NCBI GenBank assembly: GCA_963719495.1
Contig: CAVRCI010000013.1
Span: 224,001 to 288,000 of the forward strand
Reading direction: 5' to 3'
DNA: 64,000 nucleotides
From: an uncultured Verrucomicrobiae bacterium
GTDB lineage: Bacteria > Verrucomicrobiota > Verrucomicrobiia > Chthoniobacterales > JAATET01
The notes under the pieces: model-generated
What the model was told of the DNA's origin: nothing
Database searches by the model: none
What the model saw: only the letters and a program-made list of their open reading frames with translations
Made by a program: the position numbers and the translations under genes
Shown: piece by piece, positions 50,492-59,287 of the stretch
Position numbering within the stretch: position 1 is the stretch's first letter
How the letters are laid out: each line of letters starts with the position of its first letter

Positions 50492-52333
50492 ATGAACGAA
50501 CACCGATCCGCGATGAACGATGGACCCTCCTGCCCCCGCTGCGGCACCCCGACCACCCCCGGCGCTCTCGCCGGGATGTGTCCCGCCTGCCTCCTCGAGC
50601 AGGGCGCGGCGGCGGACACGTTCGCCAATCGCGGCGACCGCCGCGGGTTCGTGCCGCCGACCGTCGAAGAATTGGCGGAGCATTTTCCGCAGCTCGATCA
50701 ACTCGCCTTCGTCGGCAAAGGCGGGATGGGCGCGGTCTACAAAGCCCGCCAGAAGGAACTCGACCGCGTCGTTGCCGTCAAAATCCTCCCGCCCGCCATC
50801 GGCGAAGACCCCGCCTTCGCCGATCGCTTCACCCGCGAAGCCCGCGCGCTCGCCCGCCTCGATCACCCGAACATCGTCACCATCCACGACTTCGGACGCA
50901 CCGGCGGGTTCTACTTTTTCATCATGGAATTCGTCGACGGCATGAATCTTCGCCAGCTCCTCGACCGCGGACGCGTCGCGCCGCGCGAAGCCCTCGCCAT
51001 CGTGCCCGAGATCTGCGACGCCCTGCAATTCGCCCACGACCACGGCATCGTCCACCGCGACATCAAGCCGGAGAACATCCTCCTCGACCGCCGCGGTCGC
51101 GTGAAAGTCGCCGACTTCGGCCTGGCCAAACTCGTCGGCCAAGCGGATGCCGCCGATGAATTCGATTCCACCGAAGCCGGACAAACCCTGGGGACGCCGC
51201 AATACATGGCCCCCGAGCAACGGACCCATCCCGCCGAGATCGACCACCGGGCCGACATCTATTCCCTCGGCGTCGTCCTCTACCAAATGCTCACCGGCGA
51301 ACTGCCCGGCGCGGACCTCCGCGGCCCATCCACCAAGGTCCAGATCGACGTCCGCCTCGACGAGGTCGTCCTGCGTGCGCTCGAAGCGCAGCCGGCCCGG
51401 CGCTACGGCGACGTCACGGAGTTCAAGACCCGCGTGGCGGAACTCCGCGTTCCACCTCGCCGCACGACACCCCCCTCCCGATCCCGTCGCGCGGTTGCCG
51501 CTTGCGCCGCCGCCGCTGCCTTGGTTGCGATGATCGGTGTGCTCTACCTGGTCGTTACCGACGCCATCGCCGACGAGCTGCCACGGGACGGGTTGACCCA
51601 GCGAACCCCCAGGTCAGCCGACGAAGCGGTCGCCCTTGCCGCCGCCGAAGCCTGGCTGGCCGGGATCGACGATGGCAAATACGGCGAGAGCTGGGATGCC
51701 GCCGCACCAAGCTCTCGGGACGCAATCTCCCGACAGGATTGGATCGCCGAACTGAAAAGAGTCCGGGAACCCCTCGGCACCGTGATTCAGCGGAAGCTCA
51801 TTTCATCGCGGATCCAGGACACGCGAGCGGGTTTTCCCCGGGGTTCCTACTTGGTTGCAAAGTTCACCACGAAGTTTGCGAAATTTCCGTCCACCCTCGA
51901 GACCCTCGAATTCTCGTGCGGCGACGACGGACAATGGCGGGCCATTCTCTACACCATCGTTCCGGAATCGGCAGACGTTCCCGACGAGGCGGAGGCAGCG
52001 ATCGTCGAGGCGGCAAAGCGGTGGTTGGCCGAGATCGACGAAGGCGACTACGCCGCGAGCTGGCGGCACGCCGCGCCCATTTTCCGCAGCCTCGTCACCG
52101 AGGAGAAATGGGACTCCTCGCTCGACTCCGTCCGCCGCCCGCTCGGGAAGGTTCTCTCGCGAACGTTGAAATCCGCGGAGACCACGACCTCCCTCCCCGG
52201 CGTGCCGGATGGGAACCACGTCGTGATGCAATTCGATTCCACTTTCGAAAAGATGGCGGCCGCCACGGAGACGGTCGTCTTCTCCGAGGACGAAAACGGC
52301 GCGATGGCAGCCTCCGGCTACTTCATTAAATGA
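50492..52333 (+). CDS. Membrane Ser/Thr protein kinase with an N-terminal CxxC..CxxC and tandem DUF4019-like extracellular domains
   Basis: GKGGMG, VAVK, HRDIKPEN, DFG and GTPQYMAPE motifs; TM segment; two AA..WLA.ID.G.Y..SW repeats. Confidence 0.9.
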   Translation: MNEHRSAMNDGPSCPRCGTPTTPGALAGMCPACLLEQGAAADTFANRGDRRGFVPPTVEELAEHFPQLDQLAFVGKGGMGAVYKARQKELDRVVAVKILPPAIGEDPAFADRFTREARALARLDHPNIVTIHDFGRTGGFYFFIMEFVDGMNLRQLLDRGRVAPREALAIVPEICDALQFAHDHGIVHRDIKPENILLDRRGRVKVADFGLAKLVGQADAADEFDSTEAGQTLGTPQYMAPEQRTHPAEIDHRADIYSLGVVLYQMLTGELPGADLRGPSTKVQIDVRLDEVVLRALEAQPARRYGDVTEFKTRVAELRVPPRRTTPPSRSRRAVAACAAAAALVAMIGVLYLVVTDAIADELPRDGLTQRTPRSADEAVALAAAEAWLAGIDDGKYGESWDAAAPSSRDAISRQDWIAELKRVREPLGTVIQRKLISSRIQDTRAGFPRGSYLVAKFTTKFAKFPSTLETLEFSCGDDGQWRAILYTIVPESADVPDEAEAAIVEAAKRWLAEIDEGDYAASWRHAAPIFRSLVTEEKWDSSLDSVRRPLGKVLSRTLKSAETTTSLPGVPDGNHVVMQFDSTFEKMAAATETVVFSEDENGAMAASGYFIK

Positions 52334-52818
52334 AAACCTTCGCCGCCCCGTGGAGCCGTTCGCTCAAAATTACCTCGCTCGTGTCCGCGCTGCTTTGCCT
52401 GATGTTCGGCTTGATCCTCCCGTTTCTGTCGGGAGTCCATCATCCCCCCATCACGTGGATCGGGTGGGCAGGGTGGCTCGTGCCGGGGCTCGTCCTGATT
52501 TGCCCGCTCTTCATCGTGCGAGGCTACGCCATCACGCCCGACACCATCCTCGTTCGCCGACCCTTCTGGACAACGCGTCTCCCGCGCACCGGACTCGTCA
52601 GCGCCACGTCCACGCCGAAGGCGATGACCCGCAGCCTGCGGACCTGCGGCAACGGCGGCTTCTTTTCCTACACCGGCTGGTATTGGAGCCAATCGCTGAG
52701 CACCCACCGCGCCTTCGTCACCGACCCCGCGCGAACGGTCGTCCTGCGCTACGCGCGACGCACGGTCGTCGTCTCGCCCGGCGATCCCGAAGCATTCACC
52801 CACGCTCTACAGTCGTGA
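52330..52818 (+). CDS. Membrane protein with a bacterial PH domain
   Basis: Two TM segments, RGYAIT, RTCGNGGFFSYTG, VVVSP; ATGA coupling. Confidence 0.75.
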   Translation: MKTFAAPWSRSLKITSLVSALLCLMFGLILPFLSGVHHPPITWIGWAGWLVPGLVLICPLFIVRGYAITPDTILVRRPFWTTRLPRTGLVSATSTPKAMTRSLRTCGNGGFFSYTGWYWSQSLSTHRAFVTDPARTVVLRYARRTVVVSPGDPEAFTHALQS

Positions 52819-53546
52819 AGTCGACCCGTCCCGACGACATTTTCGCCACCACGCGATGGTCCGTCGTGGTCGCGGCGCGCGGCGACGACCACGCCCCGGC
52901 CGCGCGCGCTCTCGAGGAATTGTGCGGCGCGTATTGGTATCCCCTCTACGCCTACGTCCGGCGGCGCGGCCACTCCCGCGAGGACGCCGAGGACCTCACC
53001 CAATCCTTCTTCGCGAAATTCCTGGAGGGAAAAAACCTCTCGGGCCTCGACGCCCAACGCGGCCGATTCCGAGCCTTCCTCCTCGCCGCGCTCAAGCATT
53101 TCCTGGCGAATGAATGGGATAAAACCCAACGCCAAAAGCGCGGCGGCGGCGTCCCTCACCTCTCGCTCGACTGGGGCACGGCCGACTCGCAATTCCAGCT
53201 CGCCGCCAAGGCCACCGTCAGCCCCGACCTGGCGTTCGACCGCGAATGGGCCGTCACCCTCCTCGCCCGCACCCTCGACGATCTCCGCGCGCAAAGCGTC
53301 ACCGAGGGAAACGCCGCGCAGTTCGACCTGCTCAAGCCCTACCTCACCGCCGACGGCGGCGAAGCGCCCCAGGCCGACATCGCCGCCCAGCTCGGGATGG
53401 AGCCGGGGGCGGTCCGCGCCGCCCTCCACCGCCTCCGCCGGCGCTACCGCCAAATCCTCCGCCACGAAGTCGCCGAAACCCTCGCCGACCCCGCGCAAGC
53501 CGACGAAGAATTGCGGGCCTTGTTCGCGGCGTTTCGAGAGAATTGA
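52815..53546 (+). CDS. ECF sigma-70 factor (STK-associated type)
   Basis: FATTRWSVV, YWYPLYAYVRR, AEDLTQSFF, GRFRAFL and region 4 (IAAQLGM..VRAALHRLR). Confidence 0.88.
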   Translation: MKSTRPDDIFATTRWSVVVAARGDDHAPAARALEELCGAYWYPLYAYVRRRGHSREDAEDLTQSFFAKFLEGKNLSGLDAQRGRFRAFLLAALKHFLANEWDKTQRQKRGGGVPHLSLDWGTADSQFQLAAKATVSPDLAFDREWAVTLLARTLDDLRAQSVTEGNAAQFDLLKPYLTADGGEAPQADIAAQLGMEPGAVRAALHRLRRRYRQILRHEVAETLADPAQADEELRALFAAFREN

Positions 53547-53571
53547 ATCGAGCCGAAACCAAGAGAGCGCC

Positions 53572-54010
53572 ATGTCGCAATTCATTCCGAAGCGGCCAAA
53601 CAACGACAGCATTCTCCGGGCCATCTGTTCCAACGACGTCGCCCACGCCCGCACGATCCTCGACTCCGAAGGTGGCTCCGCCGCCACGGCGTCTCGGACA
53701 AAAACTCATCGACCGACGCCGAGGCAAAGTCATGAAAGCACCTTCGGCTCCACGGGAAATCCGTTCCCTCTGCGCTCGCAGGGAGCTCACCGAACTACGT
53801 CGAGCGTTGGCCGCCAACCCGAACCTTGCCGCCGATCCACGAAAATCGATACAGCCCTTCCAATCCGGAACCGATCCGGACGCCGGCTTGGAAAAACTAC
53901 GCTCTCGCCGAAGTCCTCCTCGAGCGCGGCTGCGATCCCGATTCCGGTGCCCCCCCTGGACGTTACCCAATGGAAACGGCGCTCGAAGCTGGTCGCCCTG
54001 CTCGCACTTT
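53572..54010 (+). pseudogene. Degraded ankyrin-repeat-like gene
   Basis: Ankyrin-like segments in three frames: SILRAICSNDVAHARTIL, ELRRALAANPNLA and ALAEVLLERGCDPD...PMETAL. Confidence 0.5.
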
Positions 54011-54061
54011 GAAAAGACGCAATCCACCCTACGCCGCCCGCCCAGGAACCGAGCCGTCAAT

Positions 54062-54123
54062 CCCGCCAGCCCGTACCCGTAAAATGTAACGGCCGTCACA
54101 TTTTACGGGTACGGGCTGGCGGG
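54062..54123. repeat. 62-bp near-perfect palindrome
   Basis: CCCGCCAGCCCGTACCCGTAAAATGTAACGGCCGTCACATTTTACGGGTACGGGCTGGCGGG, one mismatched pair. Confidence 0.9.
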
Positions 54124-54239
54124 GGAGGAAAAGTTGGGAATTCCGGCGGCACGCCCCTATCTGACATGGGATTGGCTCTTCGACGGCTGGAGATCCTGGC
54201 GCGTGAAACCGGAGAATCCGGCCAAGCGGACGAAGACCG

Positions 54240-54279
54240 CTACCGATAAAACGTAACGGCCGTTACGTTTTATCGGTAG
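54240..54279. repeat. 40-bp perfect palindrome sharing the core of the one at 54062
   Basis: CTACCGATAAAACGTAACGGCCGTTACGTTTTATCGGTAG. Confidence 0.9.
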
Positions 54280-54534
54280 GAGTCGAGGTGGCTCCCGGCA
54301 GACCCATCGGGCCGGGCGGGGGTTGGGTGAGGGCGGACCGTAAGCGGGGATGCGAGACGGGTTGCGGCCATCGAGCGTGATCCGTTTCGGTGCGCCCCGA
54401 GACTCCCGGGTGACACCTCTTTGGCGATAGTGGTTGATCCTCCGCAACACGAACGCACTCCGAATGACCCACCACGATCACCAGTTTCCGCCTCTCGGCT
54501 TGTCCAGTTCCGGCGGGACGCTTATCCTTTCAAT

Positions 54535-55917
54535 GTGGCACCGGACCTCCCAACCACACCGGCGGCGGGAAGCCGGTTGACCCTCGGTTTCGCGTTCTTT
54601 TTGGCGTTCCTGACCGCGATCGACCCCGCGGCGTCCAGCGCGTCGACACTCTACGCGCCGGACGCCGGGCATTCCTGGAATCGCCTTTACTCAGCTCTAT
54701 TGGTCCGAACGTTGCCCGACGGCAATCGGCTGGACGATCTGCTCGATCCTCCGCTTTGGGCCACCTCGCGGCACTTGCTGTCCGGCGACTCCCACCGTGA
54801 AGTGGTGCGGCGGCTGGAGGAGTTTAGCGCTGACGACGCGGCCGTTGACACCGCGACGCCACTTCAGCGCGCCGTTATGCAGCGTGATCTTCTCGGCGTC
54901 TTTCACTGGCTCGTGGCCTACCCGCGCACCGAGTGGACACCCGTCCATCGCGAACTCGCGGCGGCGCTCGCCCGGGCGATCCGCAAGGTCGCCCTCACCG
55001 GGGACGAGATTCGGAACCTGCCAAGCAACTACGCGATGGCCAGCAGCCGCGCGGAGGTGCCAATCGCCCACGACCCGGAAAATCCCGAACGCGCTTTTCT
55101 TCCGGACGACCTGCTCGACGACGACGGCGAGTGGATCGCGCTGGGAAGCGGCTATTTGCTCCCTGCCCCCACTCACTTTCGAGTCTTCGGAGGCCGCTCC
55201 GCCTTCGCGGTCCGAATGCGCCACCCCTCTGGCCGCGCCGCGGGGAAGGATTATCTGCAAACGCTCGCCGGGATGCCCGCGCCTTTCCTCTTCGAACGAC
55301 CTGCCGAATCCGATCGGGGCGACCTCATGCCGCATCGAGATCCGGACCGCGGCCCGTGGGTGAATCCCGCGACACCGCAGCTTCCGGTCGGCACGGCCTG
55401 GGCTCTGGTCCGCCAGGCCGTGCTCGCCGACGTCGTGGGCCGCCCCGTGCTCGCCCCCCTCGTCGAGAGCGTCCAGATTCGCGTCTACTTCGCGATGGAA
55501 CGCGACGCCCTCGGGGCGCAGCATTTTTTCGAGTGGGAAATGAGCCGCCATCTTCTCTTCGACGGGGGTGGCTTCCACCTGACCTCGGCTCCCGACCAGC
55601 GGTTCTCGCACTTTCTGACGCACGAGACCGACCCGTTCGAAGCGGATCCGGCCCCTCGGATCACAGGACACAAACCACCCACCCGACTCAACTGCTTCAC
55701 CTGCCACGGCGGCGTCGGCATTCACTCCGTGTTGAGCCGCGCCCGGTTGTTCGAACCGCTGCAGGCTCGACCGCCCGAGTTCCGAAGCGTCACCGCCGAG
55801 CGCATCGCCCAGGTGACCGAGACCGCCGCGACGGAAATGACGGGCTGGGAATTGCTCGCCTGGCTGTGGCCGGATCAACCGCCGCCGACCGCGGAGCTCC
55901 CCGCCGGGAACGACTGA
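54535..55917 (+). CDS. Exported hypothetical protein with a C-terminal CxxCH (c-type heme) motif
   Basis: Hydrophobic signal-like segment; LNCFTCHGG; start uncertain. Confidence 0.65.
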   Translation: MAPDLPTTPAAGSRLTLGFAFFLAFLTAIDPAASSASTLYAPDAGHSWNRLYSALLVRTLPDGNRLDDLLDPPLWATSRHLLSGDSHREVVRRLEEFSADDAAVDTATPLQRAVMQRDLLGVFHWLVAYPRTEWTPVHRELAAALARAIRKVALTGDEIRNLPSNYAMASSRAEVPIAHDPENPERAFLPDDLLDDDGEWIALGSGYLLPAPTHFRVFGGRSAFAVRMRHPSGRAAGKDYLQTLAGMPAPFLFERPAESDRGDLMPHRDPDRGPWVNPATPQLPVGTAWALVRQAVLADVVGRPVLAPLVESVQIRVYFAMERDALGAQHFFEWEMSRHLLFDGGGFHLTSAPDQRFSHFLTHETDPFEADPAPRITGHKPPTRLNCFTCHGGVGIHSVLSRARLFEPLQARPPEFRSVTAERIAQVTETAATEMTGWELLAWLWPDQPPPTAELPAGND

Positions 55918-55990
55918 CATTCGCCGGGCGAAGCGAACGATTCCGCCGACAGGACCCCGCTCCAACCGACGTCGGCTGGCCCGTCGAAAA

Positions 55991-56320
55991 TTACGACGCG
56001 TTCGCCGCTGTTTTCTGAACGATCAAATAGAGGTGCATCTCGGGGTGCTGATCGTATTCCAAATGCCGGCAGACGCAGCTGTGCCCAGCGACCACTTCCA
56101 GCAGCCGCGGGATTCCCGGTGCGGCGTGGTAGAGCGGCTGGCCATGAAACGGATTGCAGACCTCGCCGGGAGCATCGACGCCGCCGCTGGTGAAGATCAG
56201 CACCCCGCCGTCGGTCAGACCACGGCAGAGCTTGGCCAGGACGGCCTCCTGGCATTCCAACGGAACGTGCCAGACGCTGTCCCAAGCCGAGATGAAGTCG
56301 TAACCCCGGGGGTAGAGTGG
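55991..56320 (-). pseudogene. C-terminal remnant of a class I SAM methyltransferase
   Basis: YDFISAWDSVWHVP..LCRGLTDGGVLIFT; N-terminal GxG motif missing. Confidence 0.65.
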
Positions 56321-56431
56321 GCGGAAGCTCCGCGGCCCAGCACATTGAGTCGTGTCCGTCCGCGTTTTCGAACTTCCGATTTCGCGGCCTCCCCGTTACC
56401 ACCGATCCGATGATGAGGGAGGACGTTTTCG

Positions 56432-57604
56432 ATGAATGATCTTCGCGCCGCCGCGGACTCGGTTTTTTCCTACGTCGCCCGCACAGCCGAGAAGGTCGAC
56501 GGCGGCTACCGCTGGAGGACCCTCGATTACTCGGACGAGCCTCACCATCATTTCAGCCTCTTCAACGGCGTCGCCGGGATCTCGCTCTTCCTTCGCGACT
56601 ACCATCTGCTGACAAAAAATCCCGACGCCCTCGAACTGGCCTGGGGTGCCCTGCGGTGGTGTGAACGGTCGAACCCGGAGGAGGGCGACTTTGAGCGCGG
56701 CCTCTACCTCGGTCGCACGGGTGTGGCCTACGCCTACCTCCACCTCGCTGAGTTGACTCCAAACGATCCACTCCCGAGCCTCTGCCGGTCCAACGCCGAC
56801 CACATCCTGAGCGAACCACCGGGACCCGTGACCGATTTTCTCGGCGGGGAAGCGTCGAATGGTTGGTATCTGCTCGAGCTTTGGAAAAAGACCGCCGATC
56901 GGCGATACCTGAACGGAGCGGTCCGGTGCGGACGGTGGATCTCCGACCATTCGACGCGCGATGAGTTCGGATCGCGCTGCCTCATCCGTCCGGACGGCGA
57001 GATGGGAACCACAGCTTACCTCGGACTGAGTCACGGGATCGCCGGAGTGGCGTATTTCTATTCGCTTCTCTACCGCCAAACGCGCGACGAGCAGTGGCTG
57101 AGCCTCGCCCGGGAGCTTCTCGACACGCTGATTCGCCACGCCATTCCGGCGAAGGGAGGACTCAACTGGACTCCGCGAATCGGCGGAACCGAACTGACCC
57201 GCTGTCAATACAGCCATGGCGCGGTCGGGATCGGACTGGTCTTCTGTCTGCTATCAACCGTCTTGGAAGACCCCCGCCTTCTGGCCGTGGCCGAGGAGGC
57301 GGCGGAAGCGTCGTATCGATACGGTGATCTTCGGCGGAACCCGACCCTCTGCACGGGTCTCGCGGGCAGCGGGCAGCTCTTCGTCGAGATGTATCGCGTC
57401 ACCGACGACGTCCGCTGGTGGGATCGAGCGCGGGAATTCGCCCGAATGGCGATCTCCTACCGATCAGCCTCGAGCGACGGCGACAGTTGGCCCACCGACA
57501 CCGCCGGCCGCTTCTCCCCCGACTACACCTACGGTGCGGCCGGCACGGGACACTTTCTGCTCCGCACCCTGAGTCCGCACGAATTCAGTCTGCCGCTTTT
57601 CTGA
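56432..57604 (+). CDS. Stand-alone LanC-like (alpha/alpha toroid) protein
   Basis: Repeated GxAG loops (LFNGVAG, LYLGRTG, GLSHGIAG, YSHGAVG, LCTGLAG, YTYGAAG); GGAGG RBS. Confidence 0.85.
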   Translation: MNDLRAAADSVFSYVARTAEKVDGGYRWRTLDYSDEPHHHFSLFNGVAGISLFLRDYHLLTKNPDALELAWGALRWCERSNPEEGDFERGLYLGRTGVAYAYLHLAELTPNDPLPSLCRSNADHILSEPPGPVTDFLGGEASNGWYLLELWKKTADRRYLNGAVRCGRWISDHSTRDEFGSRCLIRPDGEMGTTAYLGLSHGIAGVAYFYSLLYRQTRDEQWLSLARELLDTLIRHAIPAKGGLNWTPRIGGTELTRCQYSHGAVGIGLVFCLLSTVLEDPRLLAVAEEAAEASYRYGDLRRNPTLCTGLAGSGQLFVEMYRVTDDVRWWDRAREFARMAISYRSASSDGDSWPTDTAGRFSPDYTYGAAGTGHFLLRTLSPHEFSLPLF

Positions 57605-57728
57605 GCTTCAGGCATTCACTCGTCTCCCGAGGCCACTCGATCCTCGAGCGCCAGCTCCGCCCCGTGTCGCCGATCGATCTCCCGCCTGGCTGTCGGCTCA
57701 CTCGTCGACCCCTCGATCTAAATCTAGG

Positions 57729-57862
57729 AATGGACAGGATTTTCGGGATTGAAAGGATTGAATTTCAGTGACTTCGAACAAAATCACCGCTCGCTCACAG
57801 GGCGACCGATCCCCGCCTCACAAGCCATTCCTTATCATCCTGTTAATCCTGTAAATCCTGTC
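57729..57862. repeat. Inverted array of 9-mer repeats (GACAGGATT / AATCCTGTC)
   Basis: Same unit as 24451-24480. Confidence 0.7.
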
Positions 57863-58017
57863 TCAATTTCCTTTCGAGGCTCGTTCTTTCGTTCGGCGGC
57901 GATCCCAGATAGGAACGCGGCTCGGCGGGAGCCTTGCCCTCCGGGTTTGGATTTGCGCCTTCGAAATCTCGCTTGCCAATTCGCGGCGCTCGGCTAGTTT
58001 TTCAGCTCCCAATTCGC

Positions 58018-58090
58018 GGGGTCTTAGCTCAGTTGGTAGAGCGCCTCAATGGCATTGAGGAGGTCAGCGGTTCGATCCCGCTAGGCTCCA
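58018..58090 (+). tRNA. tRNA-Ala(GGC)
   Basis: GGGGTCT/AGGCTCC acceptor stem with G3:U70; anticodon arm CCTCA-ATGGCAT-TGAGG. Confidence 0.95.
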
Positions 58091-58156
58091 CTCCCCCGAA
58101 ATCGTCGCGGTGCGACAATCGGTTTTGGTGACTTCGGTCAGCCGCCAACCGGGGTC

Positions 58157-58582
58157 CTACATTGGGACGGCTTTCCAAATCAGGAAACCGATCGTCGCCA
58201 GAATGAGGCAGAGAATCAAAAACTGCGCCCGCGCCAGATTGCGCTCGGACCGCCGGGCGCGCTTCCGTTTCGGAACGTCCCGGGAACTGCCGTATTTGTC
58301 GCGCAAGCCGGCTCCGCCCCGGGACATCGTGCCGGCCGAAGCCACGTCGATCCGGATCGGATCGCGTTGCTTTTTTTTCCGCGCGGCCTCGCGTGCCGGT
58401 GCCTGCTGGATCATTTGCTCGAGCCTCGCGGCCTTGCGCTTGAGCTTTTCCTGATCCTCGAGCAACCGCCGATGCTCGGCGCTCACCGCGTCGTCCCGCT
58501 TGCCAGCCGCGGGCCGACTCGTCTTCGCACGTCGGACTGGACGCTTTTCAGCGGAATCTCGTGAGGTGGGCTTCCTTGGCAT
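58157..58582 (-). CDS. Basic hypothetical protein with a C-terminal TM anchor
   Basis: Arg/Lys-rich coiled coil, terminal hydrophobic helix. Confidence 0.65.
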   Translation of the reverse strand: MPRKPTSRDSAEKRPVRRAKTSRPAAGKRDDAVSAEHRRLLEDQEKLKRKAARLEQMIQQAPAREAARKKKQRDPIRIDVASAGTMSRGGAGLRDKYGSSRDVPKRKRARRSERNLARAQFLILCLILATIGFLIWKAVPM

Positions 58583-58591
58583 AACTTCGCG

Positions 58592-59215
58592 CTACCGCCC
58601 TCCTCCGCTCTGCGACAGGAAGAGGATCGCAACCAGGATGACTGCCAGCACCATCAGCGGGAGCGTGAAAGCAAAACCCGCCGTCAACCAGTAGGTGAAT
58701 CCCTTCTCGGCCCCGCCGTAATATTCGTCGTATTCCCCACCCGCCGAAGCCACGTGCTCTTCGCCGATCTCGGCGGCGATCTTGGCGTTCAGTTTGAGGT
58801 GCTCCGCCCGGGCGTCGTCGACCGAGCTGAGTGCCTTGCTCAATTCCTTGGAAAGTTCCTGACCGGTCCAGAGCTTCGGGTTGATGTCCTCCATCGTCTG
58901 GAGGTGGGATCCGAAGGTCTCGTGAATGAGATTCAACTGCTCGAGGCGCTTCTGCGATTCCTCGGTCTCGCGCTCGATCACGACCACCGACCGCGTCAGC
59001 TTGTCGATCATCTCGGCCCGACCGTCTTCGAGGTCCTCCTGCCGACGGCTCAGCTCTTCCAGCCGCGCCTTGTCCTTTTCGATCTGCTCCGAGCGACGCT
59101 TCAGCTCGCCCAACTCGGCCTGCGCACGCTGGACCTGGGATTCCAATTCCTCCGTCGACTCGTCGCCGTCGAAATCCAAATCATCGTCGTCCTCGTCTCG
59201 TCCTCTGGTCGGCAT
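58592..59215 (-). CDS. Acidic coiled-coil protein with a C-terminal TM anchor
   Basis: Heptad-rich helix, terminal TM segment; start trimmed to exclude the heptamer repeat. Confidence 0.7.
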   Translation of the reverse strand: MPTRGRDEDDDDLDFDGDESTEELESQVQRAQAELGELKRRSEQIEKDKARLEELSRRQEDLEDGRAEMIDKLTRSVVVIERETEESQKRLEQLNLIHETFGSHLQTMEDINPKLWTGQELSKELSKALSSVDDARAEHLKLNAKIAAEIGEEHVASAGGEYDEYYGGAEKGFTYWLTAGFAFTLPLMVLAVILVAILFLSQSGGGR

Positions 59216-59250
59216 GCTTGAAAGCTTTACCGGCGAAGGATAGCGCGACC

Positions 59251-59283
59251 AAATCCAAATTCCAAAATCCAAATTCCAAAATT
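59251..59283. repeat. Heptamer tandem repeat (AAWTCCA)n
   Basis: AAATCCA AATTCCA AAATCCA AATTCCA. Confidence 0.75.
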
Positions 59284-59287
59284 TGCA

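Noticed and set aside
57604..58017. Lanthipeptide precursor next to the LanC-like gene
   Set aside because: No short Ser/Thr/Cys-rich ORF with an RBS or leader found; the region is repeats and the tRNA promoter
50450..58090. Accessory block as a tRNA-Ala-integrated island
   Set aside because: It lies 5' of the tRNA, with no integrase or att repeat visible
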